DNA of 63,346 nucleotides, counting the filler, from Octopus bimaculoides (Eukaryota): the NCBI RefSeq assembly GCF_001194135.2. It is 7 parts of 7 records of this genome, joined end to end, with 100 filler letters (N's around TTAATTAATTAA, not from the genome) between each part and the next. Parts side by side here need not be neighbours in the genome. Positions count along the whole stretch, not along the records: positions 51,846 to 53,628 come from NW_026318877.1; positions 53,729 to 63,346 come from NC_068994.1; 5 more parts are not named here. The stretch is one strand, 5' to 3'. The first letter of the stretch is position 1; each line of letters starts with the position of its first letter. This document shows, one piece after another, positions 51,746 through 63,346 of the stretch. The position numbers and the translations under genes are program-made. Below the pieces are notes generated by a model, which had not been told where the DNA came from, ran no database searches, and saw nothing but the letters and a program-made list of their open reading frames with translations.

Positions 51746-52030
51746 NNNNNNNNNNNNNNNNNNNNNNNNNNNNNNNNNNNNNNNNNNNNTTAATTAATTA
51801 ANNNNNNNNNNNNNNNNNNNNNNNNNNNNNNNNNNNNNNNNNNNNTGTATGTGTATGTGTGCGTGTGCACGCTCGCGTTCGTGTTTGTGCATGTTTGCGT
51901 ACTATCTTGAAGGTAGAATAACATTTTCTATTTATCTATTGCTGTGTTATTATCATTTGATATTCATATTGAATATCTAAGTCTTTTGCATTACACTGTC
52001 AACCTAGTCACTAATATCTTTATCAAAAGT

Positions 52031-52215
52031 TATTTGGTTAGTGCATAATTATTGCGGCTTTTTTTCAATAAATTTTATTCAACAAAAACAATAACAACAT
52101 TTAAGAAAAACATATTTAAATGTTTATTCCAGAGCATATTCACCATCTACTTCAATTACTGTTGAATAAAATTTATTGAAAAAAAAAGCCGCAATAATTA
52201 TGCACCAAACTAATA
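52031..52215. mobile_element. MADE-like mariner MITE
   Basis: Inverted arms of about 50 bp: GTGCATAATTATTGCGGCTTTTTTTCAATAAATTTTATTCAACA / TGTTGAATAAAATTTATTGAAAAAAAAAGCCGCAATAATTATGCAC. Confidence 0.85.
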
Positions 52216-53344
52216 GTTAAAAAGGAAGTAATATTCATTGCTGCTCTAGGCACAAAGCTCGAAATTTTGGTGGGTGGGAGGGTAGTCGACTTGATCGACT
52301 CCAGAACGCAACTGGTACTTAATTTATCAATCCGGAATTTCGGCGGAATTTGAACTCAGAATGTAAAAGCAAACGAAACAGCGCTAAGCATTTCGTCCGG
52401 CGTGCTCGCCGCCTTAAAAAGGAGGTAATATTGTTAAATATAGACTCAGTCAATAGCAAGTTTTTAAATACACCACGAAAGGCTCTGATGTGCAATGATT
52501 CTGGGACAACAATTAATGTAGAATAATTCAATATAACAGTATCTATATATTGCAAAGGGTGGTGATGCGCCTGATTTAGTTTCACAAGATGATCTAAGAA
52601 TCAATCACAAGGAAATCAGAAGGAAATAAAAATGGATGTCTACACATTTTATCTATCAACCTACACATATACGTTATATATGAGTGTGTATACACACACA
52701 CACACACATGCATACACACACGCATACACACACGCATACACACAGACACACACATATATATATGTATGTATGTGTGTGTATGTTTGTGTATAAATGCATA
52801 CATAAATATATGTATATATACACACACACATAGGTACACGCACATGTATATATAAACTATATACATAAATACAAATGTATTTAAATATATTTTAAAATAT
52901 ATCATATATTTATATATATATATGTATATATACACACACACATAGGTACACGCACATGTATATATAAACTATATACATAAATACAAATGTATTTAAATAT
53001 ATTTTAANNNNNNNNNNNNNNNNNNNNNNNNNNNNNNNNNNNNNNNNNNNNNNNNNNNNNNNNNNNNNNNNNNNNNNNNNNNNNNNNNNNNNNNNNNNNN
53101 NNNNNNNNNNNNNNNNNNNNNNNNNNNNNNNNNNNNNNNNNNNNNNNNNNNNNNNNNNNNNNNNNNNNNNNNNNNNNNNNNNNNNNNNNNNNNNNNNNNN
53201 NNNNNNNNNNNNNNNNNNNNNNNNNNNNNNNNNNNNNNNNNNNNNNNNNNNNNNNNNNNNNNNNNNNNNNNNNNNNNNNNNNNNNNNNNNNNNNNNNNNN
53301 NNNNNNNNNNNNNNNNNNNNNNNNNNNNNNNNNNNNNNNNNNNN

Positions 53345-53380
<36 letters not shown>

Positions 53381-53947
53381 ATAGATATATACGTGTGTGC
53401 GCGTGGTGTCCACACATGTAAACAGACTCGCACAAAGATGCTTATACAGCTGTATCAGTGTATATTTATGCATTAATATTCAAACATACTTACACAAACA
53501 GTTGCGCGATCGCATACACACACGTACACATGTACAAATGTCTATATGTGTATGTAAGCATGTACATACGTGCATATACTTCATAGAGTATACATCTTAT
53601 ATCTATCTATACATAGACACAAGAATAANNNNNNNNNNNNNNNNNNNNNNNNNNNNNNNNNNNNNNNNNNNNTTAATTAATTAANNNNNNNNNNNNNNNN
53701 NNNNNNNNNNNNNNNNNNNNNNNNNNNNCAGAAGCAAAATCTTTTTTACAGGTTTCAGAAGACTGAAATTTTGGAATATGCGCATAAAGATCAATAGTAT
53801 GGGATACATGTCTCATGATTAGAATTTTTTTAGGGTGTGTAAAGAGGGAAAGAACCCTCATGTGCAATTTTGATGAAATTCGAATCATATGTATTCCAGT
53901 TCCTTACAGAAAATATAACAGAAATATAACGCCGGGTATCTCTGCTA

Positions 53948-53984
<37 letters not shown>

Positions 53985-54535
53985 TACACATACACATGCA
54001 CATAAACATATGTATGTGTGCACACACATACACACATATGTAAATGCATACATGCATATATGTATGTGTGTGTGTGTATGTACCCATGTTCATATCTGTC
54101 CTGTAGTTGAGTGATTTCAACAAACAAAAATCTATAAAATAATTATCAGACCAAAATATATTTGAATATACGTACTGAGTTTATGCAAGTTGTGCTCCAA
54201 CATGGCCTCAGTAAAAGTCTAAAGATTATATTTCAAAATATTTGAACATTGATTTTACTGGCAGAGATCATTCTCTTGTTTAGCAGCTTCTGAAGACATG
54301 TTGCTGCTTACCACACTTTTACAAATATCTGGCCTCTGATGGTGATCACATTTGAAGTGTTGTGGTAAGAAGCTTGCTTTCCAACCACATAGTTCCAAGT
54401 TCAGTCCCACTGCATGGCACCTTGGGCAAGTGTCTTCTGCTATAAGCCTTGCACTGGCCAAAACCATGAGAGTGGATTTAGTTTGACGAAAACTGAAAGA
54501 TGCTCATCATATATATCTTTATCTCTCTCTCTCTC

Positions 54536-54571
<36 letters not shown>

Positions 54572-55120
54572 NNNNNNNNNNNNNNNNNNNNNNNNNNNNN
54601 NNNNNNNNNNNNNNNNNNNNNNNNNNNNNNNNNNNNNNNNNNNNNNNNNNNNNNNNNNNNNNNNNNNNNNNNNNNNNNNNNNNNNNNNNNNNNNNNNNNN
54701 NNNNNNNNNNNNNNNNNNNNNNNNNNNNNNNNNNNNNNNNNNNNNNNNNNNNNNNNNNNNNNNNNNNNNNNNNNNNNNNNNNNNNNNNNNNNNNNNNNNN
54801 NNNNATATATATATATATACATATATATGAGTGTGTGTCTGTGTTTATTCCCCACCACTGCTTGACAACTGGTGTTGGTTTGTTTACATCCTTGTAACTT
54901 AGCTGTTCGGCAAAAAACAAGTGATAGAATAAGTACTAGGCTTAAAAAAATATAAGTACTGTGGTCGATTCATTCAATTAAACATTCTTCAAAGAGGTGC
55001 CCTGGCATGGCCGCAGTTTAATGACTGAAACAAGTAAAAGGTAAAAGATTAAAGAATCCCTGATTAATTGAAATACCATGACATCATAGAGCAAGTTTAG
55101 TAAAATATTTGTTGGCTTAC

Positions 55121-55331
55121 CAGGTGGCTCTTTTGATCGAACCAATGCAACAGCAAGAGCAATAATCACAACCAAGAAAAGCACCAGTATTACTGCAAGA
55201 AATTTTTCCAGGGCACTGCGGTTTCTGACACATTGGGGATTGAAGATGGTAACATCATAGTCTTCCATGAGGTCATCATCATCTGAGTCTGTAGTTCGTG
55301 ACTCTGACCTGCTGAATGGACGTTCTGACAT
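55121..55331 (-). CDS. Exon for a cytoplasmic tail plus type II signal-anchor; probably M13 (neprilysin/ECE-like) metallopeptidase N-terminus
   Basis: TTGCAG|ATG; MSERPFSRSESRTTDSDDDDLMEDYDVTIFNPQCVRNRSALEKFLAVILVLFLVVIIALAVALVRSKEPP; donor G|GTAAGC, phase 1. RSxLEKxL before the TM helix is typical of M13, but the family call is inference. Confidence 0.7.
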
Positions 55332-55794
55332 CTGCAATGCAAACATAAGACTGTGAGGAGTAGGTACTATTGCAATTTCATGTACATTTTATTATCAACA
55401 CACACACACAATGAACTAGTTGCAATTTAGACAAAAAGCCAACAGTTTCTAGTGGGATGAAGTCAGTTAATTACATTTACTTTATCAAACCTGGAAGGAT
55501 GAAAGGTAAATCTGACCTCAACATGATTTGAAATAAAGAGTTAGAACATATATTCTTTTCTACTCTAGGCACAAGGCCTGAAATTTTAGGGAGGGGTCCA
55601 GTTGATTAGATTGACTAGATGAAAGGCAAAGTCGATCTCGGCGGAATTTGAACTCAGAATGTATAGACACGAAATACCAGTAAGCATTTTGCCTGGTGTG
55701 CTAACGTTTTTACCACCTCACTGCCTCAGCTAGAACATATATTGTAATGCATTTCTTCTGACTCTAATAATTTTGCCAACCCATCAATCTTCAG

Positions 55795-55879
<85 letters not shown>

Positions 55880-56157
55880 TAATATTAAGAGAAATTTTTC
55901 ATAAAAATTGGTATATATCTCTGAAAAAAAATCTTGCAAATGGTTTTATCCACAACTCTACTGTTTGTGTTATATCTGTTGCTTATGTATCTGTAATTAT
56001 ATTAATTACAAGAATGGGGTAGATATGGCTGTGTAGTTCACCTTCCAAACACATGGTTCCAGTTCAATCACATTCCATGACACTTGAGCAAGTGACCATA
56101 GCTCTAGGCAGAGCAATGATTTGTGAGACAAATCTGGTAGGTAAAAAATGGGCAAAG

Positions 56158-56191
<34 letters not shown>

Positions 56192-56693
56192 ACGCACGTG
56201 TGTCTGCCTGTCTGCCTACTTGTCTGTCTGTCTGTCTGTCTGTCTGTATTATGTTTATTACATTGAAAAGGTTAAGATGTTTCATGCAGGTAAATTTATG
56301 TTAAAAACAAATGGAGAAAATGTTTTGAGAACTTTTTCATGAAAAAAAGGAAGAAAATATTTCCATTTTTTTCGTAGTATTGAAAGAGAGGAACAAACCA
56401 TTCTCATTATATCCACAGCCTTCCAATTTCCTTCATTATTGTAGTGGTAGAAATAGTGATGGGTGTGGATGTACTAGAATAAAAATGTGAATATTTTCTT
56501 CCTTTTGTTCTCAAAGCATTTTCTTTTGTTTTGATTAGCCATCCATCTGTCCATCTGTCTGTCTGTCTGTCCATTCATCTGGCAGTCTGTCTGTCCGTTT
56601 GTCTGCCCATCCATCCATATATATACACATGTGTCCCCCACCTCTCTCTCTCTCTGTATATATTATATATGTACACTCACATATATATATATA

Positions 56694-57566
56694 CAGGGTG
56701 CAGTGAATATTTTGTTTTTTAAATTACGCAAAAATGAAAATAATACTGACATCTCATTTTAACATCTCATTTACCAAAATTACATAAAAATATCTTGAAA
56801 TACCAAGAAGTAAATTTATTCAATAAAATCAGCATTGGCTTCAACCACGGCCTCCAGATGACTTTGGAATCTCCTGCAACTCTTCTGGACAGTCTCCTTG
56901 TTTATGTTGGTGAATGCTGCCATAACCCTTGCCTTTAGTTCATCTTTGGTGTTACAAGGAGTTTTGTTAGTCTCTTGCTCAACCCACACATAATAATGAA
57001 GGGAGTTGCAGTTTGGGGAGTTAGGTGGCCAGATGTTAGGGGTGATGTAGTCACAGAAATTGTCTGACAGTCATGACTGAGTTCTCCTGCTTGTGTGGCA
57101 TGGTGAAGAGAGATGTTGCCAGACATAGGGTCTTCCAGCAGCCACCCACTTGACTCAGGGCAGCACTACCTCCTCCAGACACTTGATATAGGCCTTCATG
57201 TTGAGTCTGAGGCTGTGTGGGGAGATGAGTGGAGGCATAACGTCACCACCACTAGTGATCACTCCAGACACCATGATGTTGACTGGATGTTTGATTTTTA
57301 TCACTCTCTGGACATGTTCGTATTGGTACATGGCAAGCCAATGGCTGCTCTGTGTTCACCATATGTTTGTGTTGGAGCTTCCAGCACCAATGCCAAGCAG
57401 TCGTCTCCAAATTTCTGGCAGAGTGTATTGCATCATGGTGTTGTTTTTCTCACACATGTGCTCAACTGCCCCTACTATACTGTGTAGCTGACAAAATCAA
57501 AAACAAACAATGCACATGCACGAAATGAAAAGTATAAAATGTGGACAATTTACCCATTGCACCCTG
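56694..57566 (-). mobile_element. Internally deleted maT (DD37D) Tc1/mariner transposon
   Basis: TA-flanked TIRs CAGGGTGCA; KHPVNIMVSGVITSGGDVMPP; AGRPYVWQ; IWPPNSPNCN; NTKDELKARVMAAFTNINKETVQKSCRRFQSHLEAVVEANADFIE. Confidence 0.9.
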
Positions 57567-59034
57567 TATATACCTTAAAGCTTAACTCAATAAACAAATA
57601 GATAAACTGTGTTTGAAGAAAGATATCTTGTGATACTTGTTTTGCCTGTGTTGCACAGACACTCCCTCACAACTCTTACTGCTTTAAATGCAGAAAATCA
57701 GTGACTGACTTCCTAGAAACCTGTAAGCAGTGATGTATAAATATGATATATGTGTGACTAATATAAAGTGGGTTGTATAAGAGTAGACAGGAACACATAA
57801 AACAGAACTAAATTCATAAAGAATCTTAAGACAAATATAACTGGGAATTTCAATTGAATTTGTTATACTTAAAATATTAGTGACATTATTCGATAAAATA
57901 TTTTGGCTAAATCATATAGTTGATGCTAACTGATAAATTTAGTTGATATAAATTTAAATGACAATTCAAATTAGCATAAATGAATAAAACAGATTTGACT
58001 TAATAAAATGGTAAATCTATAAGCTTTTAAAAATTTGGATCATCTGGAAGACTGGACTTAAATGTTTTAAAACTTGAATGAAGCAAAAAAAAAAAAAAAA
58101 AAGAACAGGGAAAAAAACGAAGAAAAAATCTCAGAAAAATTAATAGAAAATTGAAATTTGAAGTTTAATTGATAAAGCTATTGATTGTACTTTGCTTTTT
58201 CCCAATAGCCTTTTGAATGACTATTTTTTCTTCTGAGAGAGTTTCACGCTACACTTGTGTTATTTCCACTTCATCAAAAAATCATCCCACTATCTTTCAT
58301 CTCTATCTTTTAATAGACAATCCTAAAACTATATTATCATACCATTAGGAAACAAAACCTAATGGAAACTTTTTGTTGTGTTAACTTCACATTTTCTGTA
58401 AAACAAAAGTTCATCAACTAGTGTGTGTGTATGTAATGGTATTCAGGAAGAATCAATGATGGATACTGAACCTGATTAGTCAATCTATAAGAAATAGCTT
58501 CAAAATCTCTCTCAAAGCACATCCTCTGGAATGGTTACAGTTGAATACTTTTTCATCATAGGTCTTCTTGATCAACAACAAAAATAATGACTAGTGCTCA
58601 TTGTGATACTAAACTAAGGATATGTTCATATATCAAGGTTCTTAGTCACTGGGTTCTGTTCAAATTTACATCAAGAAAGACATCATCACACATCCACATT
58701 ACACTAAAACTATCTACTGCTAATAATACTGCTTATAAACAATAGGTATATCACCTGAGGAAATTATTCCTAAAACATAAATACTCATCAAAATATCTGG
58801 CATATGTTTCCAGTCAGAAGAGATAAATATGGACTGCATATTAGTGTACCTCTATTTTATTGCAATAGTATGATTGAACAGATTCAAGGCAGCTCATGAA
58901 AATTACACCTACATAAGAAAGGGAAAAACTTAACATCTGCAAGTATAAAATCTCAAGCACTAATCTTCTAAAGACAATAAAAGAATGATACTTAAATATT
59001 ACAATTATTGAATATCAAAAACAAATGTTTAACC

Positions 59035-59547
59035 CTGGGGTCAGCAAACTACAGCTTGCAGGCCAGATTTGGCCTGTTGCTGCACTATATTTTTTGTATA
59101 AGTACCTACAATGAGAGTTTATTTGTCTCTGGTATGACATCAGTGTTTGGAGCAACTTATGTCTGTGAGCAAGCGTTTTCAAAACTGAAGTATGTAAAGT
59201 CAGCACATTGAACGCGGCTGACTGATGAACATTTGAAAGCCATTCTCTTGGTTGGATGCAGCAATTCCAAAACAAATACTGATGATATCTTAAAAGCTAG
59301 AAATCAGTTTCACAAATCTCACCAACCTTTCTTGTTACTTAGTTTGTGAGATTTGGCTATGAATGCACTGGGTGTGGTATAACTATCTTATTGCTAACAT
59401 CACGTTCATTGGTAACTTTTTGGTAAATAAATATGTTGGTCGTCTTTATTTTTGTGTATTGACTGTATTGTATCGAACAAAATGGTTATGTGGCCTGTGC
59501 TCATCTCAGTTATCTGTCCTGCCATGACAAAAGTTTGGTGAACCCTA
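59035..59547 (+). mobile_element. Non-autonomous hAT (SPIN/GTF2IRD2-like) with transposase C-terminus
   Basis: SVFGATYVCEQAFSKLKYVKSAH*TRLTDEHLKAIL; TIRs CTGGGGTCAGCAAACT / AGTTTGGTGAACCCTA (12/16); TSD GTTTAACC / GTTCAACC. Confidence 0.88.
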
Positions 59548-59776
59548 GTTCAACCTGAAGAGAAACAATAATTCATAAATGGCAGATTATGAATGGTGTA
59601 CAAAAGGGAAGAAAAGTCAATTAGTAAACCTTGTGGTGAGCTGAGGCCAATATGGTCGTAACTGGAGACAATCAGTTTAGATATCACTTAAATGGACAAC
59701 TATTTGTGGTACTTGTCTTCCAAACATAAGTACATAAGAGAATTAGAATTGTAGAATAAGAGTTCATGAGAGCATG

Positions 59777-59818
<42 letters not shown>

Positions 59819-60153
59819 TACATATACATGTATGCCACTTGATGAAAGAAAAAATTAATGTACTCAAATTTTCCCATTAGTACTAATAAATCATCTAACA
59901 AAAGAAAAAAAAACTAAACAAGCAGACAAATAGCAATAAAATGTGAGCAAACAAGTCATACAATGCATGAGTTTAAAGCTAATCATTCCTCATTTATTTC
60001 AAAATAATTGACAATCACATTAAAGGAGAATTATAAAACAAGGAGTTGTCAAGAAAGATTTAAGAATAAGGATGAAAGTAGATATCCCTTATTTGCAGCC
60101 ACCATAAACTTCAAAGAAATCTAAGACATTTATTAATTTGAAACAGCTTTCAG

Positions 60154-60247
60154 AATTTTGAGAGATATTAATCAAAATTCCTTTAAAATGAAAGTGTTGG
60201 CGGTATATAACAATACTACAAAGGAACAAGAATGCCTTTCATCACAG
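60154..60247 (+). CDS. Candidate further exon of the orphan secreted-protein gene
   Basis: Acceptor CAGCTTTCAG; phase 2 start completes ACA (Thr) from 45137; ILRDINQNSFKMKVLAVYNNTTKEQECLSSQ; donor CAG|GTTTGC; N-glycosylation sequons and Cys as in the other exons. Confidence 0.4.
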
Positions 60248-61779
60248 GTTTGCTCAACCAAGGTTGACAAAGATGTTTATGTACATATTTTAAACTATTC
60301 AATGTTTTCTGGTTTGTATTTTTGGCATAAAAATGTTGTATGCAGTTTGAATTGACATTAAAAATTGTAACTAAATTGTCCTTTGTAAATGCGGTTTGGT
60401 CTTCAATATGCATTTATGAATATTGTGATCAAACAAAAGTATAATGAACAACAAATATAAATATGAAAATTTGGTTCTTCACTCACAGAAAGAAGACAAC
60501 AAAAAGTGAAGAATTCATAAAAAAATCGAACAAACTTATAAAAACTATCTTTCAAAGCTCAGTGTAAAAGTAAATATTTAACATAGTTGATAGTTATCAA
60601 AAAGAATGCATAATAACCCTAAAATATCAGTAACTATTTTTAAAGAGTTGTCAGATGCTTTTCCCTTCTAACTATATTTACTTTAAAAAGAATGAGCCAA
60701 TGAAGAAAGTCCAAAGTGTCGTCTATCTTGCTAGAAATAGCCACCAAACTGAAGAATTAATATATTAAAGGGATGTAGATGTGGCAAAACAGGAAAAAAT
60801 AACAGAAATTAAAACGGTCATATCTTGAAATTTTAATGCAAAATGCAAAAGTTGAATTGAACTATTTCAGCTGTTATTTCCTGATTATTATTTATCAAAT
60901 TGCTTGATTTTGATTATATGATCTGCAGTCAGTATTTCAAACGTTTTGTTATTATCTAAAATAAAATCTGGCCGATTAAACTTTCATCAACTTTCAATAT
61001 TAGCATATTACAAATTTATAGATTAACAAAGATTTATGATTTTAAACATAAGGCAATATCAAAAACACCTTTGCTATTGGCGATATCAAATATGGCTTTT
61101 AATCAAGTGCCTTTATTGATGGTTATGCTAAATTAGGTAAAAAATATTGAAATTATTCAAATATCTATGAACATATAATTTCATAGCCAATACACAATTG
61201 CCATAAATTTAGTATTGAAGCCATAAACATTTATTAAAAAGAAATAAAATTATGCATAAATATGGGTGAAACAAACATTGAAATACTTTCCTAGACAGAG
61301 TAACTGATGTGCCCCACAATCACTGTTTACACAACACACAAACTTCTGAAAATGTCCTGCAAACTAGCTATTAATAAAAAAATGTCCCATAATTTATTTG
61401 TTTTTCAACTATTTTATAGCAAAAATAATTTCAAAGAGAATTTCAGAAACTGAATATTTAGATACTGTTATATCGTTATTATTTATGGCAATCTATATTA
61501 GATATGGGTGTGGAAATTAAAGTTAGAATCTCATGAGAAGAGGAAGAGTTTTTAAAAGAACACTGTGCTCACATTAGGAACACAAATGTGTTGCTCCAAG
61601 GTATGTATATTTTACACGAAGTAAAATCTTAGGGAGGCACACACACACACGCACGCACACACACATGTACATACATACATACATACATAAGTACTGTGAA
61701 TAAAGATAGTGACTTAGAAAAATATGGCAACTGGAACTCTCCTCCTACAATAAGACAATATCTTACAATGTATTTGCAG

Positions 61780-62745
61780 TACCAGGGCATTTGGGATATA
61801 TGATTGGTTTGGAGAGGAAATCCTCTCCATAGACATTAGAACCTGCAAGGTACTGGCACCAGTTGGAAATCTCTACAGGAATAGTGATATTGCAGTTTCT
61901 ACCTAAGAAGAAATAAAGGAGGTAGAGGCTTTTGACCAGTGTAGACAGCCTTTGAATGTCATATAGTCTCTGTCAGATAGCACTTGCTAAATAATAGCAG
62001 CAAAAATGAATACATTAACTTAGCACTGAAAAGTGAAGAGAACAACATCTTACAGCGGGCAATAAGAAACTCAGGAAATATTCTCTTCCTTATGACCTTT
62101 CATACAACTTCAAAGCAACCAGACTAACATACCTCTAAGAAGACCTGGATGTGAAACGTTTAGCATCCCTAAAACAGACTATGCATGGATATGTTTCCTG
62201 AAGACTTGAAGAAGACAGTAATATCGACATGAAGTACAGCCTATCTTGAACTTGTAACTGCTACATTACATCATACTTTGAAGGCTATACATTTGCAATC
62301 AAAGAACAGGCAATTGCTACGAAATACCTGACGAACAAAAGAGACAGTGAAGCTCTTGGAGTTCCAGGATGCAACTGCAAATGTATTTCCGTGGAAACCA
62401 TCACACATGTGATTAACAGCTGCCCGAAAATATGACACAATGCTAAACTATATACAATGCCATTCAGAAAAAAAAAATTCCTGGAATAAAGATAGAGAAT
62501 CTCCTTGTTATTGAATACAGGCACAAAGATCAACACAAGGAATACTGGTGGGACGTTCCCATCAAAACTTCTGTCAAGTGTAAACATAACAAGCCGGATA
62601 TTGTCGTCTGGGACAGACAAGAAAAAATATGTACCATCATAGAGGTCAGCTGTCCTGCTGATGTGAATATCTCTTTAAAAATCAAAGAGAAAGAGGATAA
62701 TTATGGACAACTACTTTGAAACCTCCAGTTTCTATATTCATGACA
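61780..62745 (+). mobile_element. Older R4/Dong-like LINE 3' fragment, second family
   Basis: FYLRRNKGGRGF; FEGYTFAIKEQAIATKY; VETITHVINSCP; EYWWDVPI..KHNKPDIVVWDRQEKICTIIEVSCP..EKEDNY. Confidence 0.85.
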
Positions 62746-63148
62746 TTTATATTTATACCACTAATAATTGGAATACGAATAATTGGAATACTTGTTCACT
62801 ATATTTTTCCTCTGACATTGTGTATTTTGGGGGAAGATTTTTTTCTTGCCATAGCTGCAAAGATTTTTATCGATACTAGCTCACCAGTGCTAATGGGACC
62901 AGGATTAGATACCTCCTATATTTCTCTGTTTATGGATCTATTAGTGTCTACATTCGGCTATGCTCTTCAGTTTTACTGTTGTTTTGTCTACTGTTTATTA
63001 TTTCAGGTTCAGACACATTAGCTATTGTACCGGTTACATCCCTTCCACTGCTCACCTCCTTACTAGGTGCTTCCTACTACTCGAAGGGGTTAACCATAAC
63101 TTGGATTATAATCGAGTGTTTAAATGGTACCTGCCTGGATATATTATC

Positions 63149-63199
<51 letters not shown>

Positions 63200-63346
63200 G
63201 TCTGTCTGCCTGCCTGTCTATCTATCTATCTATCATCATCATCATCATCAGCTTTTAACGTCCATTTCCCATGCTGGCATGGGTTGGACCTATATACATA
63301 CATACATTTACAAATATATATATATATATAGTTGTGGCTGTGTAGT

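Noticed and set aside
52770-53007. Direct duplication of about 90 bp next to a gap
   Set aside because: Low-complexity sequence at a contig edge; probably an assembly overlap.
57113-57491. Plus-strand ORFs of 124 and 97 aa
   Set aside because: They are antisense shadows of the maT transposase.
57659-57722. Exon-like segment (TLPHNSYCFKCRK..) in phase with GMDS exon 1
   Set aside because: It does not encode the invariant DGSYLAE continuation of GMDS.
62941-62974. Minus-strand CTGAAGA..GCCGAA hammerhead-like core
   Set aside because: GAAA is incomplete and no stem I pairing is possible; at best a decayed remnant.
1-63346. CRISPR arrays, rRNA genes or operon-like systems
   Set aside because: No regularly spaced repeat-spacer array or rRNA sequence was seen; the architecture is eukaryotic and intron-rich.

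Overview
This is a repeat-rich, AT-rich animal genomic window with many N gaps. The SINE families and microsatellite density suggest a coleoid cephalopod, probably Octopus (inference). Most of the sequence is transposon debris: tRNA-derived SINEs, RTE and R4/Dong LINE fragments, mariner/Tc1/maT, hAT and pogo elements, and a Helitron 3' end. Host coding signal is sparse. I can support (1) exon 1 of GDP-mannose 4,6-dehydratase (GMDS, +, 47312-47377) with its promoter, (2) an antisense exon for a type II membrane protein, probably an M13/neprilysin-ECE peptidase N-terminus (-, 55121-55331), inside the presumed GMDS intron 1, and (3) an unrecognised multi-exon + strand gene for a secreted, Cys-containing, sequon-rich protein (36247-45137, possibly continuing at 60154-60247, past GMDS exon 1). 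The most notable non-coding signals are two different hammerhead-ribozyme motifs on the minus strand. One lies in a repeat whose other, ribozyme-disabled copy carries a tRNA-like head. The other lies in an element with a 69-bp perfect inverted repeat and an 18-bp direct repeat. There is also a decayed, divergent PC4/SUB1-like ssDNA-binding-domain remnant. Six 100-nt gaps carry an artificial TTAATTAATTAA linker, so long-range gene order is scaffold-inferred. All homology calls come from manual motif recognition; no searches were run.
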